Assembly: GCA_043228905.1 (NCBI GenBank)
Contig: JBHGNT010000009.1
Location: 18,786,001-18,850,000, forward strand
Reading direction: 5' to 3'
From: Azolla caroliniana
Lineage: Eukaryota > Plantae > Polypodiophyta
Length of the DNA: 64,000 nucleotides
The notes under the pieces are model-generated. The model was not told the DNA's origin, did no database searches, and worked only from the letters and a program-made list of their open reading frames with translations. A program made the position numbers and the translations under genes. Below are positions 51,766-63,979 of this stretch, one piece after another; positions within the stretch are counted from its first letter, which is position 1, and every line of letters starts with the position of its first letter.

Positions 51766-52865
51766 GTAGTCACTTGTAACAATGACGTTTGACCCCGTAA
51801 ACACCAATCAATCCACGGTTGTTCTCTTGTTTGTAGAGGTAAGGAACCTTGCATCAATGGAATATTTTGTAGTTGCTGGCAAATAAACCCATAATTAGGC
51901 AGGATGCGTAATAATTGTCGTGCTTCAACAAACTCCAAAATTCTTTGTGATGGAGCTTCAACTATATCTCCCACCTCTTTGACCCCCAAATGAAACAAAC
52001 GATTAAATTGAGGGCTCAATCTCTCCTTTCCTAGCCAACATAATCACCGAGAAGACACAAATAACTCTTTTTGCAAAAAATTACAATGCTCTCTACTAGA
52101 TAATGGTTTCTATACACATAACAAGAGTGCTTCTTGCCATGAAGTAACCAAGTGTTGAACACATGAAGAGCCCAGAATCCTAAGTGAAATACATCCATTT
52201 AGTAATTGCCACCATGAAGCCTTAATCGTTGTCCTCCCATGTGTTAAACCCTTGTTCTCAATGTAATATTGAACAATAGATATCCTTGGTAACTGTGAGT
52301 TTGATCACATGTCTTGTAATAAGGAAAATCTACGAGCCATCATATACATAGATAAGTTCAATATTCCTACTGCCCCCAAGCGCTTAGGGGTTGCTAGATG
52401 ATTACACGCAACCCAAGTGATTCCCATCTTATCCCTCTTCTTCCACAACAAATATCGAAGAGGTTGCAAAACAGAATGCAAAGCCTTCTTTGTTCATGAT
52501 AACAATGGCAAGTAAAATAATATCATGGGTTCCATAATACATTGTACAACCTTCAAGCGCACATGAAATGACCAAGATTGTGACTTCCAATACATGAACT
52601 TATCCCTCAACTTACTGGATATCCATTCCATCAATTGACCATTTGTAACATTAATTCCTAATGGATAGCCCAAGTGTCGAGTCTCTTGGATGGCTATCAT
52701 CTAAGGCTGAAGAAGAATGGAAAATACACAAATATGATCATGGGTGGCGGCAGATCTTACAATGTAGTTGGCATTATAAATTGCCACTTGTAGCAAAGGT
52801 CTTCATTTGGAGAGTTTTGATTGGAGGATTTCCTTTGGGATTAGCTCTAAAGCATTGTGGACTAG
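51760..52865. mobile_element. Second copy of the L1-like LINE with internal inversion (51760-52678 minus; 52676-52865 plus)
   Basis: 51760-52678 is a direct paralog of ~54376-55292; 52676-52865 is the reverse complement of ~54028-54360 without the 133-bp insert; abuts (GA)n at 51686-51761. Confidence 0.88.
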
Positions 52866-53042
52866 TGTTGAGAATCGAACTCAACTTCCCATAGAGGTAG
52901 TGTTCACACTGGCCAATGGAAATCATACTAGGATAGATTTGTAATTAGTAGAAAGGGCACTTGCCCTAGATCAATTGGTATTTAAACCAACCTTTTGTAA
53001 CTTAGCTACTGTTGGACGTAATATATAGTTTTCTTGTTTTAG

Positions 53043-53095
<53 letters not shown>

Positions 53096-53455
53096 GTCTC
53101 ACGTGCACACACACACGCGCGCACGCGCACACACACGCACACACACACACACACACACACTATTTACATGGTATTAGAGCGCGTGGTAGCCCGAGAAGCT
53201 TGATAGAACAAACTTCGCATCTTGGGAGTACAAGATGCATCAATATACTATTGAGAATCAAACTCAACTTCCCATAGAAATAGGTTTCACACTAGCTCAT
53301 GGACATACCATGCTAGTTTTGTAAATAGTAGAAAGGGCCCTTGCCCTAGTTTAGTTGGTATTTAAACCAACCCTTTGTAACCTTGTTACTGTTGGAAGTA
53401 CTATACATTTTTCTTGTTAAGAGCTCTCCCTCCCTCTCTCTCCCTCTCTCTCCCT

Positions 53456-53528
<73 letters not shown>

Positions 53529-53579
53529 GTGAAAACACACAATTATATTAATAAATGTGTGTGAAAAACACTACTTACA
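52866..53579 (+). mobile_element. TRIM-like, extremely deleted copia: LTR 52866-53168, PBS, ~70-bp gag start, LTR 53249-53579
   Basis: Two similar ~300-bp repeats (t[g/a]ttgagaatc.aactcaacttcccatag...(CT)n...tttaca/cttaca); tRNA-Met PBS tggtattagagc at 53169; internal EKLDRTNFASWEYKMHQY resembles a copia gag N-terminus; no PPT or TSD found. Confidence 0.7.
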
Positions 53580-56500
53580 ATACGTGTGACAATGGAGTAT
53601 GGTCACACACTAACCACACTACATTACATGGGTAGTGGAACATGTTGAATTGCCAATAAGCAAGACGAACACTCCACCGAGGAAAGAATTTCCACTTGTT
53701 CCAATAAAGAAAATTGCCACATTAGTACTCCAACTTTCGTAGATATGCTTTTACTCCATGTCTACCATCGAATACAAAAGCGTTGTGCATGTTCCAATTA
53801 TGACGCAATCCCCAATATCTCAGAAATAGGAAAACAATCTCCATCTTTGATTTTGGGTCAACCTGTGTAAATTGTGCAAACACCTATTGTCTAGGTGTCA
53901 AATAACTCTGTGATAAAACTTGCCAAATTTGAGAAATGTAACTCCAAATTTGACAAGCAATTGGACATTGTATAAATCGATGAGTACTATCTTCTATCTG
54001 AACTGTGCAAAAGAAGTAGGTACCCGTTGCTAGTCCACGACGCTTTAAAGCTAATCCCAAAGGCAATCCTCCGATCAAAACTCTCCAAATGAATATGTTA
54101 CGGGCATGACCATTTAATATCCCGTGGTGAGAATTTACCGTAGTCTTCTTTACACTCTACTTATCCACGTGTATAGAAGACTACGGTAAATTCTCACCAC
54201 GGGATATTAAATGGTCATGCGCGTAGTAGAATACCTTTGCAACAAGTGGCAATTTAGAATGCCAACAACGTTGTAAGATCTGCCACCACCCCCATGATCA
54301 GATTTGTGTATTTTCCATTCTTCGTCAGCCTTAGATGATAACCATCTGAGAGACTCAACGAAACAATGATACAAAAGATTAGTAGTCACTTGTAACAATG
54401 GTGTTTGACCTCTTAAACTCCAATCAATCCACGGTTGTTCTCTTGTTTGTAGAAGTAAGGGACCTTGCATCAATGCAATATTCTGTAGTTGTTGCAAAAT
54501 AAACCCATAATTAGGCGGGATGCGTAATAATTGTCGTGCTTCAGTAAACTCCAAAATTCTTTGAGATGGAACCTCAACTATATCTCCCACCTCTTTGACC
54601 CCCAAACGAAACAAACGATTAAATTGAGAACGCAATCTCTCCTTTCCTGGCCAACATAATAACCGAGAAGACACAAGTAGCTCTTTTTGCAAAGAGTTAC
54701 AATGCTCTCTACTAGATGATGGTTTCCATACACATAACAAGAGTGCTTCTTGTCATGAGGTAACTAAGTGTTGAACACATGAAGAACCTGGAATCCTAAG
54801 TGAAATACATCCATTCAGTAATTGCCACCATGAAGCCTTAATCGTTGTCCTCCCATGTGTTAAACCCTTGTTCTCAATGAAATATCGAACAATAGATATC
54901 CATGGTTGTGAGTTTGAACACATGTCTTGTAATAAGGAAAATCTACGAGCCATCATATGCATAGATAAGTTCAATATTCCAACCCCCCCCCAATCGCTTA
55001 GGGGTTGCTAGATGATTCCAAGCAATCCATGTGATTCCCATCTTATCCCTCTTCTTCCACAACAAATATCAAAGAGGTTGCAAAACAGAATTCAACGCCT
55101 TCTTTGTCCATGGCAATAATGGCAAGTAATATAATATCATGGGTTCCATAATACATTGTACAACCTTCAAGCGAACATGAAATAGCCAAGATTGTGACTT
55201 CTAATACATGAACGTATCCCTCAACTTACTAGACATCCATTCAATCAATTGACCATTTGTAACATTCATTCCTAATGGATAGCCCAAGTGTTGAAAAATA
55301 GAGCCTTTCTTCACCACGGATCCTTGCCATCCTAAACATTCCAAATCCCTTTCAGTGCATGATATGAGACTAGACTTCCTCCAATTAATATGTAATCTGG
55401 AAGCCAATGCAAACTGATTCCATACAAGCATCCCCTTCTCAAGATTCTCCTGTGAGGCTCGTAAAAACATGAAAGAATCATCCGCCAAAGCTTGTGCTAC
55501 TATTTGCCCTCCGGACGGAAGGTGCAAACCCACAATGTCACCATTTATTGCAAGTCTTGATAACATCACTAACAAAGGATGAGTAACAATAGCAAACAAC
55601 AATGGGCTAAGAGGGCATCCTTGACGAACGGATCTTGTGAGGGCAATATCTGATGTAACTCCCCATTAAGCATTACTCGAGACGATGCATCTTGTCCTAA
55701 TAAAAATATGAGGTGAGACATATGAGGTGCAAGGCCCATTGTATGCATTAACCCAGAAACAAAAGACCAATTAACATGATCATAAGCTTTCTTCAAATCT
55801 AATTGCACCATAATCAATTCTTGATGAGTGTTCCGAGCATAATCCATGGCCATTTGAACATTCAACACATTATGCAATATATTTCTACCTACAATAAAAC
55901 CATATTGGGCGGGGTGTATCAACTTTGGCAAATACTTTTGTAATCTATTTGCCAAGACCTTCGTAAATATCTTGTACAACCCCCCCATCAAAGAAATAGG
56001 TCTCCATTGATGAAATGACTCAAGAGATGCCACCTTTGGAACTAGTTTAATTAGACCAATCTTCCAAGCTTGAGGCATACAACCAGAATCCCAAGACTGT
56101 TGAAACATCAAAGTCAAGGGCCCCTTTAAAATGTTGGAATATCTCTTAAAAACTTCATTTGTCAAGCCATCCCAACCAAGGCTCTTACCACTAGGAAGAT
56201 GCCTTAAAACTACATCCACCTCATCCTTAGTGAAATCTGCATCCAATTCATGACTAATGAGATCATGCACAATACATCCAACCACATCATAAAACTCATG
56301 ACGTGCTCTACTCACCTCATCTGTCATTAACAATTGTGGACCAATCAACTCCTTAAAGTAATGAAGACATATGTCAATTATTGTTGTAGGATCCACTATC
56401 AATTCATTCCCTTGCTTCACATGTACCACATTAGATCGAGCATAAGTAGGATGTAATGCTTGGAAAAACAAATGAGATTGACATTGATTATCAATGAGTC

Positions 56501-59253
56501 CTTCCCTGAGTTGTCACATCTTAGGATAACGATAACTTTGGCATTGCAACTGAGAAATAATAACATGCAATTGACTCTGAATATCCAAAAGCTCCTCATC
56601 TAATGGTGTATGTATCAATAATGCATTACATCTAGAGAGAACTTGTGAGAATTGTCGAATAAAACCTCTTCTTCGTTGAGCATTGGTTACTCCATACATA
56701 CGATGAATGATGTTAATGTTTCGTAACGTGATATCCCATGCTTTAACTCCTTTAAGATTCACTTGTTGAGAAAAATTTACCAAAATTTGCTCCATGAGAG
56801 AATCAAAGTGAGGTTGAAGCAAAAGAGAAGAGTTAAAGCGTAGTGGAGGCTTTCCAAGTAAAGATTTATAAATGTCAATTGCATGATTACACACCTCCAA
56901 GCAAATAGGAAAGTGATCTGAAGTTCCAACATCTTGTAGAACATTCATACAAAGTGATGTCGGTAAAAAAGAATCATCATGCATCACATACATTCTATCT
57001 AACCGACTCCATGTTTGTCTATGTTGAGCAGATTGGAAGGTAAAACCTGGATCATTCCCTTGCAACCGTGTCCAAACATCCAACTTCAGACGTGGATTGA
57101 AATGCATCAACACACATGTTAAAATCGCCCATAAGTAATCCTGGACGTCCAATAGATAGGTTTGAAGGAGTGAACCCCATAATGCAATACGTTGAGTGGC
57201 TTGGTTAGGGGCATAAATCCCAACCACCCACACAACCTCGCCAAAAAAAGTGATTTCTAGAACCAAAAACCGACCATAAGGATCATTATGCACCACTTGA
57301 GGATAATACTTATCCCTCACGATTAATACCACACCTGAATAATGATTATTAAGATGTCCTGCATAAAATGATGAATATCCACGCAAATGCACTATGGATC
57401 CTGCTAACTCATGACACTTATGCTCAACTGCACATACTACATCCCATTCTCTACTTAACAAAGTTTCCCATAGTATATACTTCTTATGAGGAGAACATGC
57501 CCCTCTCACAGTCCATGTTACCACTTTCATTCAATCAACAATGTTATGGGAGCACTTGCTCCTTTAGAGCAACCGATGTCATGAAACTAGTCAAAGCATG
57601 CTCCAATGCTGCATATGGATTTTCATGCACCACATCCTTAGGGTTGTCTATCGAAATCTTTTTTTTAGGTCCTCCCGCTTGATGAAAACCTTGAGAATTC
57701 GATGAATTTACAACTCATCCCAATGAATCAAATTGAAGGTGAAGGGGTAATCCCTTATCCCTAGATTGTCGTTGCCAAGGAACTTTTCGAGGGCCCTCCC
57801 TAGTTCCTGAATTACCTTGCCAAGTAGTCACACAAGTAGTGGGCAAGCTACTACGCTGCATATTCATTGATTTCCCTTTCGACTTGCCCTTAACCTCATG
57901 CCAATCTTTGTCAACAACATCACTACTAGCTCTATCCAACGGTTTTTTCCCCTTATCTTTAACCACTAAACTTTATTTTTCCATATCCATAGATTCAATT
58001 CCCTTATTCTTAGGGCCCAAACCTTGAAGTGAGACCTCTTTATAACCTGCTCTAGGTGATGTTCCTTCATCCACAAAATTTGACACACCAACATCTCTCC
58101 CAACTCCTTCCTTATTGTTCCCTTCAATAGGAACCTCTGTAGTTGAAGGACAATGACCGTGGCATTCCGCCATAAAGTGACCCCATTCACCACATCCAAA
58201 ACAATGACCTGCAAATGTCTCCCACTTCAGTTTAAAACAAAGACTTCTCATACCAGGAGCATTCATACGCACCCATCCTGGCCTCTTGTGACTTGTATCC
58301 CATAACACACAAAATCTGCACTTATTTGTAGCATTTGCATGTGGAGATACCAACACTTTACCCATTTGACTCATCAACTCTGGTAAAAGTGGCCATAAAA
58401 AAGCATGCTTACAATCCACTGTAACCCAAACAGGACATTCTTGTTTTAACAAAGCATGATAGTCCACTACGGGGGACCATTGCATAACATGCACCAATCG
58501 TTTATCAAAAAACACAAGAACTTTATCCAACAATGCACTTTGATGCTCCGGTGAACGAAATACCACATCATAAAACCCTCGTGGTCCCACATATATATTT
58601 TCAGCACAATTTGGTGACACGATTGTGTTCAACCATTGTTTAATCCAATTAACATATGGGAGTTTGCCGGTAAAAAATAATATAATAGCACGATCATAGA
58701 ATACATCAAATGATTGCAAAACTGCCTTAGCATCAACTTCCACATCATGCACATCCTCTTCAATGCATTCTTTTGTTGCATTTTCATTTTCTTCCACAAT
58801 ATCCGATAATAAGGTATTGGTAATTCCCCATAAATTATCCCAATTACAGTGATCCTTGTCAACTTCATCTACATGTATTATTTCGGCATATGTTAATTTT
58901 TTCTCATTAATTTCTTCAATTCCCTTAAACCTCTTAGAGCTTCCGATGTCTTCCCTTTCATGATTACATTCAACCATCACATTACTCTTTTTTGGATCCA
59001 TTGTTTCCATATCAATATCCCCCACAATTTGTGAGGAATTCATGTTTATGTCCATCATTATATTGATCTGGGATAAAAATAATTTTCCATGAACAAGAGA
59101 GAAAATCAGAACTCACCCGATTGAAGAGGTCGAAGATTTTGAAAGCAATCGAAGACCCACAATGAGTTTTGAGTATGTGGATGCCAACAACACAAGATTC
59201 CTTATTGCTATCGCTGCTTCTCGTACAAACCGCCAAATTCAGCTTGCTATATC
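53580..59253 (-). mobile_element. Near full-length decayed L1-type LINE (ORF1 59058-~57715, ORF2 57530-~53625)
   Basis: ORF1 with DUF4283-like region and CFGCGEWGHFMAEC knuckle; ORF2 APE endonuclease (VVTWTVRG..., SRLDRMYV, SDHFPI), RT (GWDGLT, WRPISL, QYGF, LDLKKAYD, LADDS) and zf-RVT; several frameshifts and stops. Confidence 0.92.
54096..54228. mobile_element. 133-bp palindromic mini-element made of two gypsy-LTR 5' ends, with 5-bp TSD GAATA
   Basis: 60-bp arms with 4 mismatches and a 13-nt loop; arms resemble the start of LTR 7876; GAATA at 54091-54095 and 54229-54233; absent from the paralogous LINE copy at ~52795-52810. Confidence 0.9.
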
Positions 59254-59895
59254 TGTTGAACACAGCTCCCGGTCACAACCGAGGAATAGGATCAACTCTC
59301 TGGAAACAGGAAATACAAAAAATGCACGAAGACAACAGAGAGAAGAGTACACAGGATGTTTTACGTGGAAAACCCTAAATGGGAAAAACCACGGGAGTCC
59401 ACGAACTCCAACTATCACTATGCGTAGGGAATGTACAATGGCGAGCTGCAAGGCGACGACCTTGAGCTCGCTGTCCTCGCCACAGGCGGCGGTAATACAC
59501 AGAGGCAACGACCTCTTCGTCTCTCTCTCTCTCTCACTCTCTCTCGGCTGCTCTCACTCTCTACCTCTAAGTGAGAAACAAGAAAAATGAGCAACAACAT
59601 AAATTGTTTGCCCTAAGTCATATTTATACACATATGACTTTCGGGCTATTTACAAATATAGCCTCAGGGGCCCTTGACAAACATATTCACAGATATGTCC
59701 CCGCATCCGGATCTCTCTCCGGGTACATCCGTCATCCGGCTCCGTAGCCGGGGTCTTCAACATCCGGCTCCGTAGCCGGGTACTCTTCATCCGGCTTCGT
59801 GCCGGGTACTCTTCATCCTCCGGTTCCGTAACCGCAACCGGGCTTGCCGTCATTCATCTCCGGACATCCCATCCGGAGGGACCGAAATCCCAACA
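59254..59895 (-). repeat. 3' LTR (642 bp) of the intact copia element, with internal ~27-bp tandem repeats
   Basis: Minus strand TGTTGGG...TTCAACA, directly after PPT gtgaagggggag; catccggctccgtagccgggt units at ~59725-59850. Confidence 0.88.
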
Positions 59896-59905
59896 AACTC
59901 CCCCT

Positions 59906-62900
59906 TCACTTCGGCATGGGATGTCTCTCCAATCCGATCCTCTTCCGGCATGCTTCCAGCTTGTCGGGTGTGAGCACCTTGGTCAGCATATCCGACCCGT
60001 TTTCGTCCGTGTGGATCTTCGTCAGCACGAACTCCTTGTCTTCTATCCTTTCCCGGATCCAGTTGTATCTACGCTGGATGTGTTTCGTCCGGGAATGGTA
60101 GGCCGCGTTCTTCGCAAGGTGGATGGCACTCTGACTGTCGCAGTAAAGTCGGTACTCCTCCTGCCGGATACCGAGCTCTCTAATGAAGTCCTTCATCCAT
60201 ATTATTTCCTTGCCGGCTTCAACAGCCGCCATGTACTCCGCCTCCGTGGTTGACAACGCAACCGTCTTCTGCAGCCTCGACTGCCACGAAACAACTCCCC
60301 CTGCATACGTAATCACATACCCTGATGTGGACCGGCTGGTATCTGCATCAGCCGACATATCCGAATCGGTAAAGCCGTCGAGTTCGGGCTTACCGGAGCC
60401 GAATTGGAGGCACACGTTTGCCGTGCCCTTCAGGTATCGGAGTATCCACTTGACCGCGTTCCAGTGCTCTTTGCCGGGATTGCTCATGTACCGGCTCACC
60501 ACTCCGACTGCATATCCTATGTCCGGTCTTGTACACACCATTGCGTACATCAAGCTCCCGACGGCAGAGGCATATGGTATCTTCATCATATCCTCCTTTT
60601 CCACTTTTGTCTTGGGACTTTGCTTGCCGGATAACTTGCAGTTTGCCGGGAGGGTCGACCCGACCGGTCTTGCTTCCGACATGTTGAACCAGTGAAGCAC
60701 CTTTGTCACGTACTTCTCCTGTGACAGCCACAACTGCTTCTTCTTCCGGTCCCGGATGATGTGCATCCCTAGTATTTGCCTCGCCGGACCCAGGTCCTTC
60801 ATTGAGAAAGTTCGGTGAAGCGCTTTCTTCAGCATCCGTATCTTGGCCTGGTCCCGTCCGACGATCAACATGTCGTCCACGTACAGGAGGAGTATTAGAA
60901 AGTCTCCTCCTTCGAACTTCTTCACAAACACGCAGTGATCGGACTGCGTTTTGTGGTACCCTTCGTCAGTCATGAAAGAGTCGAACTTCCGGTACCATTG
61001 CCGGGGAGCCTGCTTCAGTCCGTAAAGGCTCTTCTTCAACCGGCACACCAGGTGCTCCTTCCCTTTCTTCTCGAATCCTTCTGGTTGCTGCATGTAGATC
61101 TCTTCTTCGAGGTCACCGTGAAGGAATGCAGTCTTCACGTCCATCTGTTCTACCTCGAGGTCCATGCTTGCCGCTATGCTCAACACCGTCCGGATGGAGG
61201 TCATCTTCACTACCGGGGCAAATATTTCGTCGAAGTCGACGCCCTTCTTCTGCTGGAACCCCTTCACCACGATCCTGGCTTTATATCTCGGGGGTTTTTC
61301 GGCATCTCCCGGTTTCAGCTTGAACACCCACTTGTTTCGAAGTGCCCGCTTTCCTTTCGGCAACTCCACAAGTTCATATGTGTGGTTCTCATGCAGGGAA
61401 TCCATCTCCTCCTGCATGGCACTTAACCACCTGCGGCTATGTGTATCAAGCTTTGCTTCTTCAAAACTCTCCGGCTCCCCCTCGTCGGTTAGTAGCACGT
61501 GCTCTGGTTCCGGAAATCTCCGGGGGGCCCTTCTCTCTCTTAGAGGATATCTCCGTTCCGGAGCTTCGGTAACCGGCTCCTCCGTTTCCTCTTCATCCGA
61601 ATCCATTTCGGGATCGGGGCCGGTTCCGGTATCAGTTTCATCTTCCTCGGCCGGTTCTGTTTCTTCACCGTCTTCGGCCGGATCCTCGAGTGCTAACCGG
61701 TCCCTTGCCGGTCGGGACTGCTCTTCGTAGAGTTGATCCTCACCGGTCAACTTGGAGCTCTTCATCTTCTTCTCCGACTCCCAGTCGGCGAGTGTCTCGT
61801 CCTCCATGAAGATGATATCTCGACTCCTGAATATCTTCTTGTCGACCGGGTCCCATACTCGGTAGCCGAACTCGTCGTTGCCGTAACCGAGGAATATGCA
61901 TGGCCGGGTCTTTGGATCTAACTTTCCTCTCCGGTCCTTTGCCACATGCACGTATGCGAGACACCCAAACACCTTCAGATGCTGGTAGGACACTTCCTTA
62001 CCGGTCCACACTCTCTGTGGCGTGTCTCCATCCAGGGGTACTGAGGGTGATCTATTTATCACATATGTCGCAGTCGACATTGCCTCAGCCCAAAACCCCT
62101 TGGGTAATTTCGCATGCGCCAGCATACTCCGGACCCTCTCCATTATGGTCCGGTTCATCCTCTCGGCCAGCCCGTTCAGTTCCGGCGTCTTCGGCACAGT
62201 AAACTCGAGCCGGATTCCCTTCGAGCGACAGTACTCCTCGAACTGCCCCCGGTATTCCCCTCCGTTATCCGCTCGTATCGCTTTCAGCTTCTTGCCGGAT
62301 TCCCTTTCCACTCTAGCGTGGAGTTCTTTGAAGACGGACAATACTTGGTCCTTTGTCTTCAATGGTGCCGTCCACAGCTTCCGGCTGTGGTCATCAATGA
62401 ATGTCACGAAGTACTGGGCTCCGCCATGTGACTTCGTTTCTACTTGACACACGTCAGTGTGCACCAACTCCAATGGTGCGCTACGTCTCGTCGGTGGTCT
62501 TGAGCGGAAGGAGGTCCGGTTTTGCTTACCGGCCAGACAGTCGGTACACTTCCCCAGTTGTACATGCTTTACCGGTATCAGGTTGTCTTCGGCAAGCCTC
62601 TTCATCCCCTTCTCGCTCATGTGGCACAGTCTCTTGTGCCACAGCTCACCAGCAGTGTCGGCTGCCACGTTCAGCTCCTCCGGACATAGCCGGGAATTCA
62701 TCAGGTACAGTGTGTTGACCTTCCGGGCCCGAGCCACTATCAGGCTCCCTTTGTTGAACTTCATGACACCGTTCCGGATACTACCCGTGTAGCCTTCATC
62801 GTCTAGCCTCCCGGCCGAAATCAGGTTCAATCGAACCTCCGGAACGTGTCGAACATCCTTTAGCAGCATCTTGCATCCGGTTGATGTCATCAGCCACACG

Positions 62901-63979
62901 TCTCCTATGCCGGCAATCCGGCATGTACCTTCATTTCCCATCCGGACACAGCCGTGCTCACCGGCTGTGTAGGATGAGAAATATTTCTTCTCCGGGGTCA
63001 GGTGGAACGACGCTCCGGAATCGACCACCCAGGTCATCTCTTCACCGGCAAGGTTCAGCTCCGTCTCTTCGGTAATGAGCATTATCTCTTCTTCACTTGC
63101 CGCGAGTGCCGTCGTTCCTTTCCGGTCCTGCCCTCGCCGATCCGGACCTCTCCGGTCCGTGGATCCCCGGTATGCACCGTTTCTCTCCGGTGACTTCTTC
63201 GAATCGGTGTCGTCGGCTCCGTTGTCCTTTCGGTAATGCCGACAATTCTTCCGGAAGTGCCCCGGCTTCCCACAGTGGAAGCATGTGGGCCTTCCTCTTG
63301 ACTGCGACCGGGTCCCCGACTTCTCCCGTCTTTGCGGACTCCGGTTCCATTGTCTTCCCCGATCCGATTCGGTAAGCAGCATCTTCGGATCGGAAACCGG
63401 TTCTTTATCTCTCCGACGCGCTTCTTCGTTCAAAATGCTTGTCTTTACCGTTTGTAGAGACAAGTTATCTTCGGTGCAGGAGGTGCTGAGAGTCACCACC
63501 AAGTTCTCCCAGCTTTCCGGCAATGTACACATCAGAATGATGGCTTGCATTGCATCCTCCAACGGGAACTTGATCGCCGCAAGCTGGTTCACGAATCCCA
63601 TGAACGTGCTCACGTGTTCCACCATATTCTCGCCGTCCCGGTACTTGAGGTTCACTATCTTCCTCATCAGGGAGGTCCGGTTCAACGCATTCTTCCTCTC
63701 GTAGAGGCCCGACAGCTTCTTCCACATCTCATATGCGTTGGTGTCGTTCGCCACATGTTGTAGAACGCTTACATCGACATATTGCCGGATCGTCGCTACG
63801 GCTTTCTGGTTCAGGAGCTTCCACTCCGACTCTATTACCCCCTTGGGTATCTCGGCATTGTCGATCGGTTCATACAGGTCTCGGACGATGAGAAGGTCTT
63901 CCATCTTTATCTTCCAGTCGGCGTAGTTCTGTGAGTTCAACACCATCATGCCCGAAGGCCCACTACCGCCGCCTTCCAT
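59906..63979 (-). CDS. Intact Ty1/copia (Tnt1-like) gag-pol polyprotein, 1357 aa
   Basis: Uninterrupted ORF: gag knuckle CFHCGKPGHFRKNC, protease WVVDSGAS, integrase WHKRLCH..CTDC and D-D-E (VHTD, RADNGGEY, AER), RT LYVDDML, RNase H TDSD/TEAEY/CDS. Confidence 0.97.
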   Translation of the reverse strand: MEGGGSGPSGMMVLNSQNYADWKIKMEDLLIVRDLYEPIDNAEIPKGVIESEWKLLNQKAVATIRQYVDVSVLQHVANDTNAYEMWKKLSGLYERKNALNRTSLMRKIVNLKYRDGENMVEHVSTFMGFVNQLAAIKFPLEDAMQAIILMCTLPESWENLVVTLSTSCTEDNLSLQTVKTSILNEEARRRDKEPVSDPKMLLTESDRGRQWNRSPQRREKSGTRSQSRGRPTCFHCGKPGHFRKNCRHYRKDNGADDTDSKKSPERNGAYRGSTDRRGPDRRGQDRKGTTALAASEEEIMLITEETELNLAGEEMTWVVDSGASFHLTPEKKYFSSYTAGEHGCVRMGNEGTCRIAGIGDVWLMTSTGCKMLLKDVRHVPEVRLNLISAGRLDDEGYTGSIRNGVMKFNKGSLIVARARKVNTLYLMNSRLCPEELNVAADTAGELWHKRLCHMSEKGMKRLAEDNLIPVKHVQLGKCTDCLAGKQNRTSFRSRPPTRRSAPLELVHTDVCQVETKSHGGAQYFVTFIDDHSRKLWTAPLKTKDQVLSVFKELHARVERESGKKLKAIRADNGGEYRGQFEEYCRSKGIRLEFTVPKTPELNGLAERMNRTIMERVRSMLAHAKLPKGFWAEAMSTATYVINRSPSVPLDGDTPQRVWTGKEVSYQHLKVFGCLAYVHVAKDRRGKLDPKTRPCIFLGYGNDEFGYRVWDPVDKKIFRSRDIIFMEDETLADWESEKKMKSSKLTGEDQLYEEQSRPARDRLALEDPAEDGEETEPAEEDETDTGTGPDPEMDSDEEETEEPVTEAPERRYPLRERRAPRRFPEPEHVLLTDEGEPESFEEAKLDTHSRRWLSAMQEEMDSLHENHTYELVELPKGKRALRNKWVFKLKPGDAEKPPRYKARIVVKGFQQKKGVDFDEIFAPVVKMTSIRTVLSIAASMDLEVEQMDVKTAFLHGDLEEEIYMQQPEGFEKKGKEHLVCRLKKSLYGLKQAPRQWYRKFDSFMTDEGYHKTQSDHCVFVKKFEGGDFLILLLYVDDMLIVGRDQAKIRMLKKALHRTFSMKDLGPARQILGMHIIRDRKKKQLWLSQEKYVTKVLHWFNMSEARPVGSTLPANCKLSGKQSPKTKVEKEDMMKIPYASAVGSLMYAMVCTRPDIGYAVGVVSRYMSNPGKEHWNAVKWILRYLKGTANVCLQFGSGKPELDGFTDSDMSADADTSRSTSGYVITYAGGVVSWQSRLQKTVALSTTEAEYMAAVEAGKEIIWMKDFIRELGIRQEEYRLYCDSQSAIHLAKNAAYHSRTKHIQRRYNWIRERIEDKEFVLTKIHTDENGSDMLTKVLTPDKLEACRKRIGLERHPMPK

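Noticed and set aside
59921-63926. Numerous plus-strand ORFs antisense to the copia polyprotein
   Set aside because: Expected shadow ORFs of a GC-rich coding sequence.
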